Positions 53,587 to 62,869 of a stretch of 64,000 nt of DNA are shown in pieces (position 1 is the stretch's first letter; the number at the start of each line of letters is the position of its first letter). The notes below the pieces were generated by a model. It had not been told where the DNA came from. It searched no databases and was given only the letters and a program-made list of their open reading frames with translations. The position numbers and the translations under genes were made by a program. This DNA comes from a virus (Duplodnaviria; Caudoviricetes), in IMG/VR virus record IMGVR_UViG_3300047567_000025, positions 96,001 to 160,000 of that record. The stretch is one strand, 5' to 3'.

Positions 53587-53821
53587 CCCATTCGTATGCA
53601 TTTCGGATGTAACTGGAAATATGGAGAAATTAAACACTGTCATATTTAATCCAATTCTTTCAAAAGAGCATAATAAAATCGTAATAAAAAAAGAATGCAA
53701 TTTACGATATGATCTCATGTTGTCGGATGAGCAACTAGAGTCATTAGTAAATAATTCTGTTAATGATTTTATCACAGAATTACACGGAATTATAGTTCGG
53801 CATAAAGCAAATAGATCATAA
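53564..53821 (+). CDS. hypothetical protein (TTG start)
   Basis: SD GGAGGTG before TTG 53564, in frame with ORF 53531..53821. Confidence 0.5.
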   Translation: MKTTITYSPFVCISDVTGNMEKLNTVIFNPILSKEHNKIVIKKECNLRYDLMLSDEQLESLVNNSVNDFITELHGIIVRHKANRS

Positions 53822-53831
53822 AATAAAAAAA

Positions 53832-53861
53832 TTATATACGGGGATTTATTCCCCCGTATAT
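53832..53861. terminator. bidirectional terminator
   Basis: TATACGGGG...CCCCGTATA between convergent genes. Confidence 0.75.
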
Positions 53862-53876
53862 AATAATATTTACTGT

Positions 53877-54467
53877 TTATGCCATTTCTTTAAATTCTGC
53901 AAATAATAAATGATCGGTCATATTAACTATTCTTGATATAGTATTGATCGATATCTTTATATCGCTGGTATCTTCGCTATTGTTATATTTTGCTACTAAC
54001 TGTGCAATATTATTGACGATCGTTGGCTTTAATGTATTTACCATTTTATTACGTATCATCTGTGGTGTGATATTAAACTGATCGATGACATACTCAAATA
54101 AACCATTAAAGGATACTACTGGGCCGGTAAATACCCATTCTTTAATTGTATTTGACATATCAGATTCCATTAAATAGATAACACAACAGATGGAGTGTTG
54201 ATGATTTCTGATATCGGATAATATGCAGCCTAACTTCATCTGTGATAATGAGTTAGTTGCAGAATTTAATAACTTGATTAGACGGTCATTTAATGATTCT
54301 GCATGTATAACTTTATCCGATACCGCTCTACATAGTGCCTGCATAAGTATGTCGTTGCCTGCCTTGTTGTCCATATTGAGAGTCGGCTTTGCATTAACAA
54401 TGTCTTTTAGTTTACTAATAGATTCCATTGTCATCATATTTTTAGCTTCTTCCAATGATATACTCAT
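53877..54467 (-). CDS. hypothetical protein
   Basis: Early promoter motif on the minus strand at 54481..54501 and SD GAAAGGAAG point to the start MSISLEE. Confidence 0.6.
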   Translation of the reverse strand: MSISLEEAKNMMTMESISKLKDIVNAKPTLNMDNKAGNDILMQALCRAVSDKVIHAESLNDRLIKLLNSATNSLSQMKLGCILSDIRNHQHSICCVIYLMESDMSNTIKEWVFTGPVVSFNGLFEYVIDQFNITPQMIRNKMVNTLKPTIVNNIAQLVAKYNNSEDTSDIKISINTISRIVNMTDHLLFAEFKEMA

Positions 54468-54525
54468 TGTATCACTTCCTTTCATATTAATAATATATTT
54501 TTCAAATCGCAAAAAAATATTATTG

Positions 54526-54706
54526 CATTTTTTCTATGCTTAGAGGGAGCGTAAAAGAAGGAATGGTTGGATTGATTATTCCTATTATTTTAACTTTTCA
54601 AATATATATTATTAATATGAATAAAAGAATAACAATCGATCAATAAATCAATATTTAAAAGCCATCACAGAGGTGTATTAATCTGTGAAGAAAGAGGTAT
54701 ATTATG
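54526..54706 (+). promoter_or_regulatory. cassette left end: promoter + hairpin-SD leader (copy 5)
   Basis: Homologous to 39845..40012; stem TCACAGA/TCTGTGA kept, loop changed to GGTGTATTAA. Confidence 0.85.
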
Positions 54707-54952
54707 ATGAACGTTTTTAAAAGAATTGAGACACTTGAAAAGCTTACAGAAATCAACACAGCTTCGAACGCTATAACAGCGCTGATTGTAACTACAGGTG
54801 CTGCAGTTACGATTGTTTCATCAGTAGTAAAAGGCGGAATGGCTATTACAAAGGCTATAAAAAATAAGAAACTTGCTAAGGAAAATAGCAAAGGTACAGA
54901 AAAAGACAATAGCAAAGGTACAGAAGAAAAGATCGATCAATCAAAAGAGTAA
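54704..54952 (+). CDS. small membrane-associated protein
   Basis: Conserved leader; hydrophobic AITALIVTTGAAVTIVSSVV plus Lys/Glu tail. Confidence 0.65.
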   Translation: MMNVFKRIETLEKLTEINTASNAITALIVTTGAAVTIVSSVVKGGMAITKAIKNKKLAKENSKGTEKDNSKGTEEKIDQSKE

Positions 54953-55025
54953 TGACATTACTATCAATATATTAGATGATATAACATCTAATAATATATC
55001 AAATTAATTTTAGGAGGAAAATATA

Positions 55026-55361
55026 ATGATTAATGAAATTATGAATGTGGCCGGACTTGCCCTAAGTGCATCTGCTAGTTGTTTAAACTCAATTAGCTTA
55101 GGTAAAAATGCAAAAAAGATAGCAGAGCTTTCTGATAGAGTGACCTCTCTTGAAAAGAGAGATCTTATCATGGAGGGTTGCTTCGTAGGCTTTGGTGCAG
55201 CAGCATTAACTGCTGACATAATCAATAAGCGTAAGCAGAATAAACTTAAAAAGAGGATAGATCTTCTCGAATCAACTGTAGAGGTACTTCAAGGAAGCTG
55301 TGTTAAGCAGTCTGACTTGAAGGCATCTACAGATGCAATTATATCAGCTATCAATAAATAA
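55026..55361 (+). CDS. small protein with hydrophobic segments and coiled coil
   Basis: SD AGGAGG; second cargo gene of the cassette. Confidence 0.65.
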   Translation: MINEIMNVAGLALSASASCLNSISLGKNAKKIAELSDRVTSLEKRDLIMEGCFVGFGAAALTADIINKRKQNKLKKRIDLLESTVEVLQGSCVKQSDLKASTDAIISAINK

Positions 55362-55417
55362 AAAAATAAAAGTAGGAACGGGGGTAATAACCCCCGTCAC
55401 CGAAATTATTTTTTTTT
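55353..55417 (+). terminator. cassette right end / terminator
   Basis: Same as 41241..41303 except the loop and a covarying closing pair (T-A versus C-G). Confidence 0.85.
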
Positions 55418-55419
55418 GA

Positions 55420-56199
55420 TTAAAGGTATTTTGCATATATTGATATCTTAGGATTCTGCTTAAATAGAAAATCCATTTCAGCAATGCAATACTCTACAAT
55501 TGCTTGATTGAGACCATCTTCGGTTAATATGGTATTGCCAGCAATTGCTGCTTCAGCAACAATATTACCGCACATCCTAAGAATTACTGATTCTTCAGTA
55601 TTGTCGACCGTATTTGTATTAGCATCTGATTTGACAAGTTTACTATCAAGATCATCAAATACAGGTGCGTCATTACTTGTTAAGACAACACCAGCAACAT
55701 CATTTATGACTTTTTTTGAAACTTGATCTTTTAGCTTTTCTCGGAGTTCATCATAGTTTTCAACATTTTTTGTTAAAGTATCAATATTAATCTTGTCAGC
55801 ATTCCCAATGTCTTTTGAATCTGATATTTCATCAGCAACATCATCTACAGTGTTATCAATCTCTTGCACAATATTTCCAATAATTGGTGATTTTAAACGA
55901 TCTCGTGCACTTGTAAGATATCCATAACACGTACCGTTGTAATCATCATGTATATGTCGCATAATTGATTCATCTATCATGTTATCAACATCTTTTGTTT
56001 CATCATGCATCATAGCACCAATCAAATCTTTCATGACATATAGACTCAATTTTTCTCTAAAAGAATCTTTGTCAAATGCTACTGGATTAAAAATGTGATT
56101 CTTTTTATCATCTGAATTATTATATTCTCCGGGTTTTGGATATGATGTATTCGTATCATTTATAATGCTATCAATTAGATTTTTTACTTCGTTAGCCAT
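55420..56199 (-). CDS. putative head protein
   Basis: Acidic; TEE|S and VAE|A motifs; co-oriented with 56215..58677. Confidence 0.5.
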   Translation of the reverse strand: MANEVKNLIDSIINDTNTSYPKPGEYNNSDDKKNHIFNPVAFDKDSFREKLSLYVMKDLIGAMMHDETKDVDNMIDESIMRHIHDDYNGTCYGYLTSARDRLKSPIIGNIVQEIDNTVDDVADEISDSKDIGNADKINIDTLTKNVENYDELREKLKDQVSKKVINDVAGVVLTSNDAPVFDDLDSKLVKSDANTNTVDNTEESVILRMCGNIVAEAAIAGNTILTEDGLNQAIVEYCIAEMDFLFKQNPKISIYAKYL

Positions 56200-56214
56200 A
56201 TTATTTCACCTCAA

Positions 56215-58677
56215 TTATTTTTCGCCAATAGGATTTCCGTTAGCTGGATTGTAAGCTGGTCCGACGCTAATTAATGCGTCTTCTTGTACATTGTTAGTTG
56301 CGCCACTAATTTTCTTTTGATCACCGACGATAATCTTATCAACAACAGCACACTGTTTTGCAAAACCAATTACTTCATTCTTAAATGCTTCATTCTGAAC
56401 ACCATTTGTCTTTATGAAATTTGCGAAAGATTTACACATTGTTCTGAGCTTAACAAGTTGATCCGATTCTGATATTTTAGAAACCTTTGGTTTCAGATAC
56501 AGACAATTATCAGCAAGCTTCTTGAGCTTCTTAATAAGTTTTCTTGGATCAATAGAAGGATCACTATTTAGCATTGTCAATAATTCAATGATAGATGTAT
56601 GTGTGTCTACTCCGGATCTTGAAATTTTTACAGCAGCGACAATTCCACCGATGATCGGATTTAATACACCGATTGTGATGTTACCGGCTAAATTAACCTC
56701 TTGGACTACAATATCAGTATCGTCGAAGCAATCGTCGAATGATTCTTGTACGTTTTTAGATGATGAATCCATTTTCTTGCGTTCAACAAATTCTGAAACA
56801 TTGGTACACTGTACAGTGAATATTTTAATCAATCTCTTAGTGACAGCCACATCATTATCAGTTACTTGTACTTTAAGAGTCATCATTAAATCTGTTAAAA
56901 TCTTATTGAGCTTCATGATACTATTAAGCTCTTCATCAGAATACACATCTTTCATTTTATAAGCTTTTGAAAGCACTCTGTTAAGTCGCTTTCCTTCATG
57001 CTTAAATGTTTTGACGATTTCTGTAAATGACATATCACTTGCATTTAGTATGCCAAGAGCTTTTCTGATATGTGTATCAACTTCGGAGTTAATGTTCTTT
57101 TTTGTAAGAATGAATGCTTCCTGAATAGCATCAGCATTATTGTCATTTAAAAATGATTTAAGCTGTTTAATTGTCATTCCCTTGAGTTTTTCAGAGCCAT
57201 TCTCAATAAGTTGATCAACTGTCATATTGTCAAAATCTGTAGTAGAATCATCATCGTCATCGTCAGATTTTTTAATTGATGTATCGAGATCATCCAGTTT
57301 ATCATCAATAGAACTATCATCATCGTTGATGTCCGAAGTATCTACATCCTGATCAGTTGACTCATCTTTGCTTGACGCAGTATTCATATCATCTGTATCA
57401 TCTGTATCTTTATTGTCGTCAGCATCTGTATTGTTTTTATTATCATCTGTATCAGCTGTGCCTTTATTATCATTATCATCTGTAGTGTCTTTATTATCAT
57501 CTGTATCAGATGTATCTTTATTGTTGTCAGAATCTGATGCAACTTTATCAGCGATTTTATCAGAGACATCATTACTATCAACTGGTGTAGTATTGACATC
57601 AGTATCAGTATTATCAGTATTCACATCAGTATTACTATCAGTTTCCTTGTCATTATCAGTAGCACCATCTTGCTCTGCAGAATCATTGAAATCAATAGCC
57701 TCTTGTACAAATCGGTTAGGCACATGCTTCTTGATTTTAAAACTTTCTCGGATAATATCTCTTTTACTAATAAAATTGTCAGCAGGTTCATTGTCAATTT
57801 TTAACGCATTTTGTGTACTACTACCTTCCATTGATTTAATCGGTACAGCCCATGCTAAATAAAGCTTATCGCTATTATTTTCTATTTCAAATTCAATTAC
57901 GACCTTATATTGGTCAATAGGATCTACTGGAACAAATAAGTTAGTCGGAGTTGCGATATCCCATACATTTGTTCCATCTGGAACATTATTATTCTCACGA
58001 ATCATTGACAGCAAGACGTCACCAGATTCCAACATTGCATCTGCGTTAGCAATAAAGCAATTAAGAGAGGCTAGCTGCTTTTTTAAGACTTTTTTATTGT
58101 TATCAGTTTTAAAAAGCACCGGAAGCTTTACAAAATAATGCTGATCAGAATCTCTTTTTATCGGACCAAAATCTATTGTTGCTACAGAAGGAACTGCATT
58201 ATCATTAATATCAATTTTATCAAATCCAAATAAACCTTCCTGGATGATATAATTGCTATACTCGTTGAATCTTTTAGAAGCATATTCGTTGCATCTATTT
58301 TTAAATCTATTTTCAGATTCACGTGGTAATTGCGAAAATTTGGAAACTGCTTCCTGATAGAAATCATCAAATGTTTTAATTTTCTTATAAAGTGACTCCT
58401 GTATAGCGGCATCTGCAGGAACATCGACAACTCGTCCATCTGCTAAGTTCATTTCGATAGATTCAATCTCAATGTCATCTTCGAGTGGAATATCAACATC
58501 CATCTTTCTGATTTTACCAGAATCGGTTCCCTCAACAGATATATCATCCAGCTCTTGAAATAAGTGTGCATATTCGTTGATGAGTTTATTTTCATCAGCG
58601 TCATTCGTAGCATGTTTCATTGAACGACCACTTGCTTCTTCACGAGCAAGAATTTGTTTTTTAATATAATCGATCAT
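56215..58677 (-). CDS. putative head/scaffold-like protein with Asp-rich repeats
   Basis: Eight xQE motifs (IQES, YQEA, IQEG, VQEA, IQEA, VQES, VQEV, VQED); TDDNKD-type repeats. Confidence 0.55.
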   Translation of the reverse strand: MIDYIKKQILAREEASGRSMKHATNDADENKLINEYAHLFQELDDISVEGTDSGKIRKMDVDIPLEDDIEIESIEMNLADGRVVDVPADAAIQESLYKKIKTFDDFYQEAVSKFSQLPRESENRFKNRCNEYASKRFNEYSNYIIQEGLFGFDKIDINDNAVPSVATIDFGPIKRDSDQHYFVKLPVLFKTDNNKKVLKKQLASLNCFIANADAMLESGDVLLSMIRENNNVPDGTNVWDIATPTNLFVPVDPIDQYKVVIEFEIENNSDKLYLAWAVPIKSMEGSSTQNALKIDNEPADNFISKRDIIRESFKIKKHVPNRFVQEAIDFNDSAEQDGATDNDKETDSNTDVNTDNTDTDVNTTPVDSNDVSDKIADKVASDSDNNKDTSDTDDNKDTTDDNDNKGTADTDDNKNNTDADDNKDTDDTDDMNTASSKDESTDQDVDTSDINDDDSSIDDKLDDLDTSIKKSDDDDDDSTTDFDNMTVDQLIENGSEKLKGMTIKQLKSFLNDNNADAIQEAFILTKKNINSEVDTHIRKALGILNASDMSFTEIVKTFKHEGKRLNRVLSKAYKMKDVYSDEELNSIMKLNKILTDLMMTLKVQVTDNDVAVTKRLIKIFTVQCTNVSEFVERKKMDSSSKNVQESFDDCFDDTDIVVQEVNLAGNITIGVLNPIIGGIVAAVKISRSGVDTHTSIIELLTMLNSDPSIDPRKLIKKLKKLADNCLYLKPKVSKISESDQLVKLRTMCKSFANFIKTNGVQNEAFKNEVIGFAKQCAVVDKIIVGDQKKISGATNNVQEDALISVGPAYNPANGNPIGEK

Positions 58678-58765
58678 TATTAAAACTCCTTTTCAAATAT
58701 TTTAAAATGATATAGATATATCATTTTAATGTATGGGGAAATATGTTGTATGATATAATAATTAA

Positions 58766-58912
58766 TCAAAGAATAAATCCAAAGGTTTCCAAGATAATCT
58801 CGGTTACCATATCGGGTGTCATCTCTGATATTCCTATATCATCAAGTCCCATTCCAGAGGTTAATTCAACTCCGTTTATAGACGGTTTGTTTTCGAGAGC
58901 TTCATAATCCAT
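58766..58912 (-). CDS. 48-aa virion-type protein
   Basis: Not in the ORF track; SD GGAGGTG; MDYEALENKPSINGVEL resembles the DY..L.NKP.INGVEL tail-protein motif. Confidence 0.65.
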   Translation of the reverse strand: MDYEALENKPSINGVELTSGMGLDDIGISEMTPDMVTEIILETFGFIL

Positions 58913-58955
58913 GGATGGCTCACCTCCAAATTTAAACGTGAAAGGTTGTGTTTAT

Positions 58956-60887
58956 GTGAGTAATATTGTTGACAGATATCAGCAAACAGTATATGATATG
59001 TATATGCAAACTCACCCGAATGTAAATCCAAGCAAGGTTCGTCAATTAATAAATCAATTGACAGAATCTAAATTACGGGATATTCCGTGTACACTGCATA
59101 ATAGTACCACTCGAGAGAAAATCGAGACGTCAATTATTAACACTTTTGACTGGATAGAAACCAGACAACCAATAATATCTGGTAATGGTACTTTCTTTAA
59201 GCAGCATGTAGAGTACCTTGCTCCGACTACAAAAATGCTAGAGCATGACAAGAATACTCGTAGTAAAAAGAAAAATGAGATGTACCAATTGAAAAAAGGC
59301 ACTGTCGGATATAATAATAAAAACCTCGGGCAAGTTTCAATAAAAGTTATTATGAATGCCGACTATGGTGGATCTGGAACACAGTTATCACCATTTTATT
59401 CATGCTATATTCCGCCGGCAACAACTGGTAGTGCTAAGAATATCACTACAACCTTAATTTGCTGTTTGGAGTTTATATCAGGTAATACAGACCCATGGGC
59501 AAAGATAAACAATATAAACGAATTATTTGATATGATATTTTCAGTGCTCAATGACAATGATGATACCAGAGACCTAATTATTGACAGCTATACTGTTGAT
59601 CAAGTTGAGCAATGGCTTTTTGATAAAACAAATAATCTGTCTTTGTCAGACAAAAAAATTATACGAAAATTCTTAATGACACTATCAGATTCAGATCTGA
59701 CAAAGTTGATGCTCTCATTCAATACACGCTTAGTACTTACTAAATATTTATATAGTAATGTGGAAACATGTATGAGTTATCTTAAAGCACATCAGATTGA
59801 CATTAATAACATCACAGAAGAGTCGCTCTATGTAGCTGGATATGGCGTCAAACCACCAGAAGAAATAGCAGATCAATTGGCTTATATAAGCAAGACGATT
59901 AATGATAATTGTGTTTATCCATTCATCTTGAACGACTCGGAAATAAGAGCAAATGAGATGAAACGAATAATTGTTTGTGTAACAGATACGGATTCACTCA
60001 TGCTGCACTTTTCATCATATTTGGATGATTTCCAAGCACGTGTCAGTAACTTTCGTGATAGTTGCATTATAGCTTCCGCATTGGGATTTCGGTTATTTAT
60101 TGAAAATATAATACCAAAAATGGTAAAATATATAGCATCATTCTGCAATATTAAGGATGAATATTATAGAAAGAAATTTGTATTTAAGAATGAATATGCT
60201 TTTCTAGCGATGGCATTATTTGCAAAAAAGATGTATGCAGCAGCGATGTTCGTCCAAGAAGGAAAACCGAGAGATCCACATGATGTATCAATAACAGGAC
60301 TGTCATTCAAAAAGCGTGATTCTGCAGAATTTCTAGAACCGATTATGACCAGATTGTATGATGAACTTATATTGACAACATCTGATATACAAGTCGGCAA
60401 ATTGCTAGATGAATTTTATGCATTGCGCAAAAAGTTGCAAAATGAGATAGACAAAGACCCATCATATTTTAAAATGTTATCTATCAAGGATATCGGTGCA
60501 TATGATCCAACCAAAGTTTTACCAGAGCAAATGCGTGGTGCAATTGTATGGAATGCTATGATGCATGATGAAGAAATGCTACCAATGGATCGAGTAATAG
60601 TTATACCATTATCATTTACATTGCTACGTGAATATTCAGCAACTAATTCAAGAGTTGCTGAAATACTAAGGCTGTCATTAATTGATAATGAAAAAGAAAA
60701 ACACAATCCTGTTATATGTTTACCAGAATATTACCATGATATACCTGATTGGATAGCATGTGTTATTGATAAAGAATATACTATTGACAAACTGCTGACA
60801 CCATTCAAGCAGATTCTTGGATTATTTGATGTAAATATGTGTGATACAAGAGGCGGAATGATTCCTAGTAGAATGATTTTTATATAA
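58956..60887 (+). CDS. family B DNA polymerase, C-terminal subunit (motifs B and C)
   Basis: KVIMNADYG (motif B), TDTDS (motif C), KKMYA, GLSFKK; GTG start after SD GAAAGG. Confidence 0.88.
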   Translation: MSNIVDRYQQTVYDMYMQTHPNVNPSKVRQLINQLTESKLRDIPCTLHNSTTREKIETSIINTFDWIETRQPIISGNGTFFKQHVEYLAPTTKMLEHDKNTRSKKKNEMYQLKKGTVGYNNKNLGQVSIKVIMNADYGGSGTQLSPFYSCYIPPATTGSAKNITTTLICCLEFISGNTDPWAKINNINELFDMIFSVLNDNDDTRDLIIDSYTVDQVEQWLFDKTNNLSLSDKKIIRKFLMTLSDSDLTKLMLSFNTRLVLTKYLYSNVETCMSYLKAHQIDINNITEESLYVAGYGVKPPEEIADQLAYISKTINDNCVYPFILNDSEIRANEMKRIIVCVTDTDSLMLHFSSYLDDFQARVSNFRDSCIIASALGFRLFIENIIPKMVKYIASFCNIKDEYYRKKFVFKNEYAFLAMALFAKKMYAAAMFVQEGKPRDPHDVSITGLSFKKRDSAEFLEPIMTRLYDELILTTSDIQVGKLLDEFYALRKKLQNEIDKDPSYFKMLSIKDIGAYDPTKVLPEQMRGAIVWNAMMHDEEMLPMDRVIVIPLSFTLLREYSATNSRVAEILRLSLIDNEKEKHNPVICLPEYYHDIPDWIACVIDKEYTIDKLLTPFKQILGLFDVNMCDTRGGMIPSRMIFI

Positions 60888-61008
60888 TTATATAATTAAT
60901 ATGATGGAGGTATTATATTGCATGCTATCTGAAAATATAATAGATATTCGATTTACAAAATGAAGATGAAGAAGCAACATCCGAAGTAGAGAAAGGAGGT
61001 GATATTAT

Positions 61009-61551
61009 ATGTGGTCAGAATTATTTATTTGGCTGGAAAGATATTCTGGAGTATCATATGATTTCAGTGAAGATATTGCAAGCATTAAAGGCGATATAGC
61101 TTTCATAGACACATATGAATGGTTTAACGTAATAAGCAATTTGTTTGATAATCTTTCTGAAGCGATTGATGTTGTTGACGAGTTTGGTGATAATCTTACA
61201 GATGAATTACCAAATAAAAAGAAAGTCAAAAATATGTTAACATCATATGTTATTAGTAATCTTCTCGATAATGTAAATGATATTAAGCGAAAATTAAATA
61301 TTGATATTGTTGACATATCAAATTCTGATACATTGATACAGCACATAAATATTATTATGGAACTAATTCAAATGTTATCAGAAAATGAAATGGATGACAT
61401 ATTCAAGCAGCAATTATTTGAAAAACATGAAGAAGAAAATGGTAATACTTTTACCGAGATACTTAATATTCAAAAGGATGATATCACAAATATGTATTTC
61501 ACGGTATCATCAATACAGCAGGATTATTTTGATTCTCTTGATGAGAATTAA
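61009..61551 (+). CDS. acidic hypothetical protein
   Basis: SD AAGGAGG. Confidence 0.6.
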   Translation: MWSELFIWLERYSGVSYDFSEDIASIKGDIAFIDTYEWFNVISNLFDNLSEAIDVVDEFGDNLTDELPNKKKVKNMLTSYVISNLLDNVNDIKRKLNIDIVDISNSDTLIQHINIIMELIQMLSENEMDDIFKQQLFEKHEEENGNTFTEILNIQKDDITNMYFTVSSIQQDYFDSLDEN

Positions 61552-61624
61552 TATAATAATAATGTTATTATTAATAATAACATTATTGTATTCTATTTAT
61601 TTAATATGAAAGGGGCAGTTTATT

Positions 61625-62224
61625 ATGGCTTTTCAGCAGAATTCTAATGTTAATGGTTTTGGCAATAATAACACTAATAACACTAATAATCAGGGAGGAG
61701 AAAAGAAGAAAAGTAATTTCCGTGTTGGAAGAATATATGGAACTGATGGTACAATTGATGTGTCAATATGGAACTCTGATAAGGGAGGAGTATATACTAT
61801 TCTTTCTATCAAGTCAGCTGTCGGCAAAGACCCTTCTACTGGTGCAAATGTTTATGAACAGAAAATGTCAGGTGAACTACCATCAATATTTATGAATCTT
61901 GAACTGATAAGGGCATTTCTCGACGGAGTTAAGGGTCATGATGTAGCTACACTTAATTTCACAATTGATACAAAACATGGTTCGAAATTGACAATGCAGG
62001 GCTCGGCTGATGCTGTTAAGATTACAATTGAAAATCAGAAGACGGGTACACGAACAATTACACTTGATGCTGTTCCAATTGGTAATGTTAATGTACACGC
62101 AAATGTTCTCAATCTAATCAGTATGATTGAAATTTGCTTCAAGAAAGCATTAAGCAATAAACTCGATCCGGAAGAATTTGCAATGGCTGTAAACACAGAC
62201 GACACTGAAGTGCCGTTTAATTAA
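61625..62224 (+). CDS. putative ssDNA-binding protein
   Basis: Beta-rich core and acidic-aromatic tail DDTEVPFN, in the polymerase operon. Confidence 0.45.
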   Translation: MAFQQNSNVNGFGNNNTNNTNNQGGEKKKSNFRVGRIYGTDGTIDVSIWNSDKGGVYTILSIKSAVGKDPSTGANVYEQKMSGELPSIFMNLELIRAFLDGVKGHDVATLNFTIDTKHGSKLTMQGSADAVKITIENQKTGTRTITLDAVPIGNVNVHANVLNLISMIEICFKKALSNKLDPEEFAMAVNTDDTEVPFN

Positions 62225-62844
62225 TGATTGATTTTAGTTTTATAGGCAAAGAAGGATTAATCATTCAATATGAAGATATAATATCTCTAATGGGCTTTAA
62301 TGTTGCATGTTATCTTCGTGAACAAAAAGCATTTGAGAAAATCAACAAGATGTCGACAGCGGACATCTTGTTGAGTTATATCAACAGATCAACTGAAGAT
62401 ATTTCTTCTTGGCTAAAAAAAGAGTTTGATATTGATTTTGATATCAAAAATTATATTGATTCATTCGCTATGCTAAGGCCGAATCTATTATATTCTTATA
62501 AGATTTTCAGTTCAGCATACAAAAATGGAATCAAAAAGCTGGGAATACATTCGAATTATTATTCAAAAGCAATAGAGCAGGCTATACAAACATATCAAAT
62601 TCCAATCGAATATACATACGGGGATATCATCCCCGTACTGAATAATCGACCTAATATTACGTACACAACAGCTTCTACAGCAAATATCATAAAATGTTCT
62701 GATATAGAAGTGCCTATTGCAATAACCATTGTTGACGATTTTATGTACACAGCTGATGTATTAATAAATAAAATAGACGATAAGTTACGAAATAATGGAA
62801 AATTTGTTTGTTTTACTAGCGTTCTAAGTGCTGGTATGATATGA
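62224..62844 (+). CDS. hypothetical protein
   Basis: Translationally coupled (TAATG) to the previous gene. Confidence 0.6.
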   Translation: MIDFSFIGKEGLIIQYEDIISLMGFNVACYLREQKAFEKINKMSTADILLSYINRSTEDISSWLKKEFDIDFDIKNYIDSFAMLRPNLLYSYKIFSSAYKNGIKKLGIHSNYYSKAIEQAIQTYQIPIEYTYGDIIPVLNNRPNITYTTASTANIIKCSDIEVPIAITIVDDFMYTADVLINKIDDKLRNNGKFVCFTSVLSAGMI

Positions 62845-62869
62845 CAAATACAGAGACTGGAGGAGTTAT

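Noticed and set aside
58911-58955. ATG 58911 as the polymerase start
   Set aside because: It has no SD and overlaps the start and SD of the minus-strand 48-aa gene; GTG 58956 has an SD.
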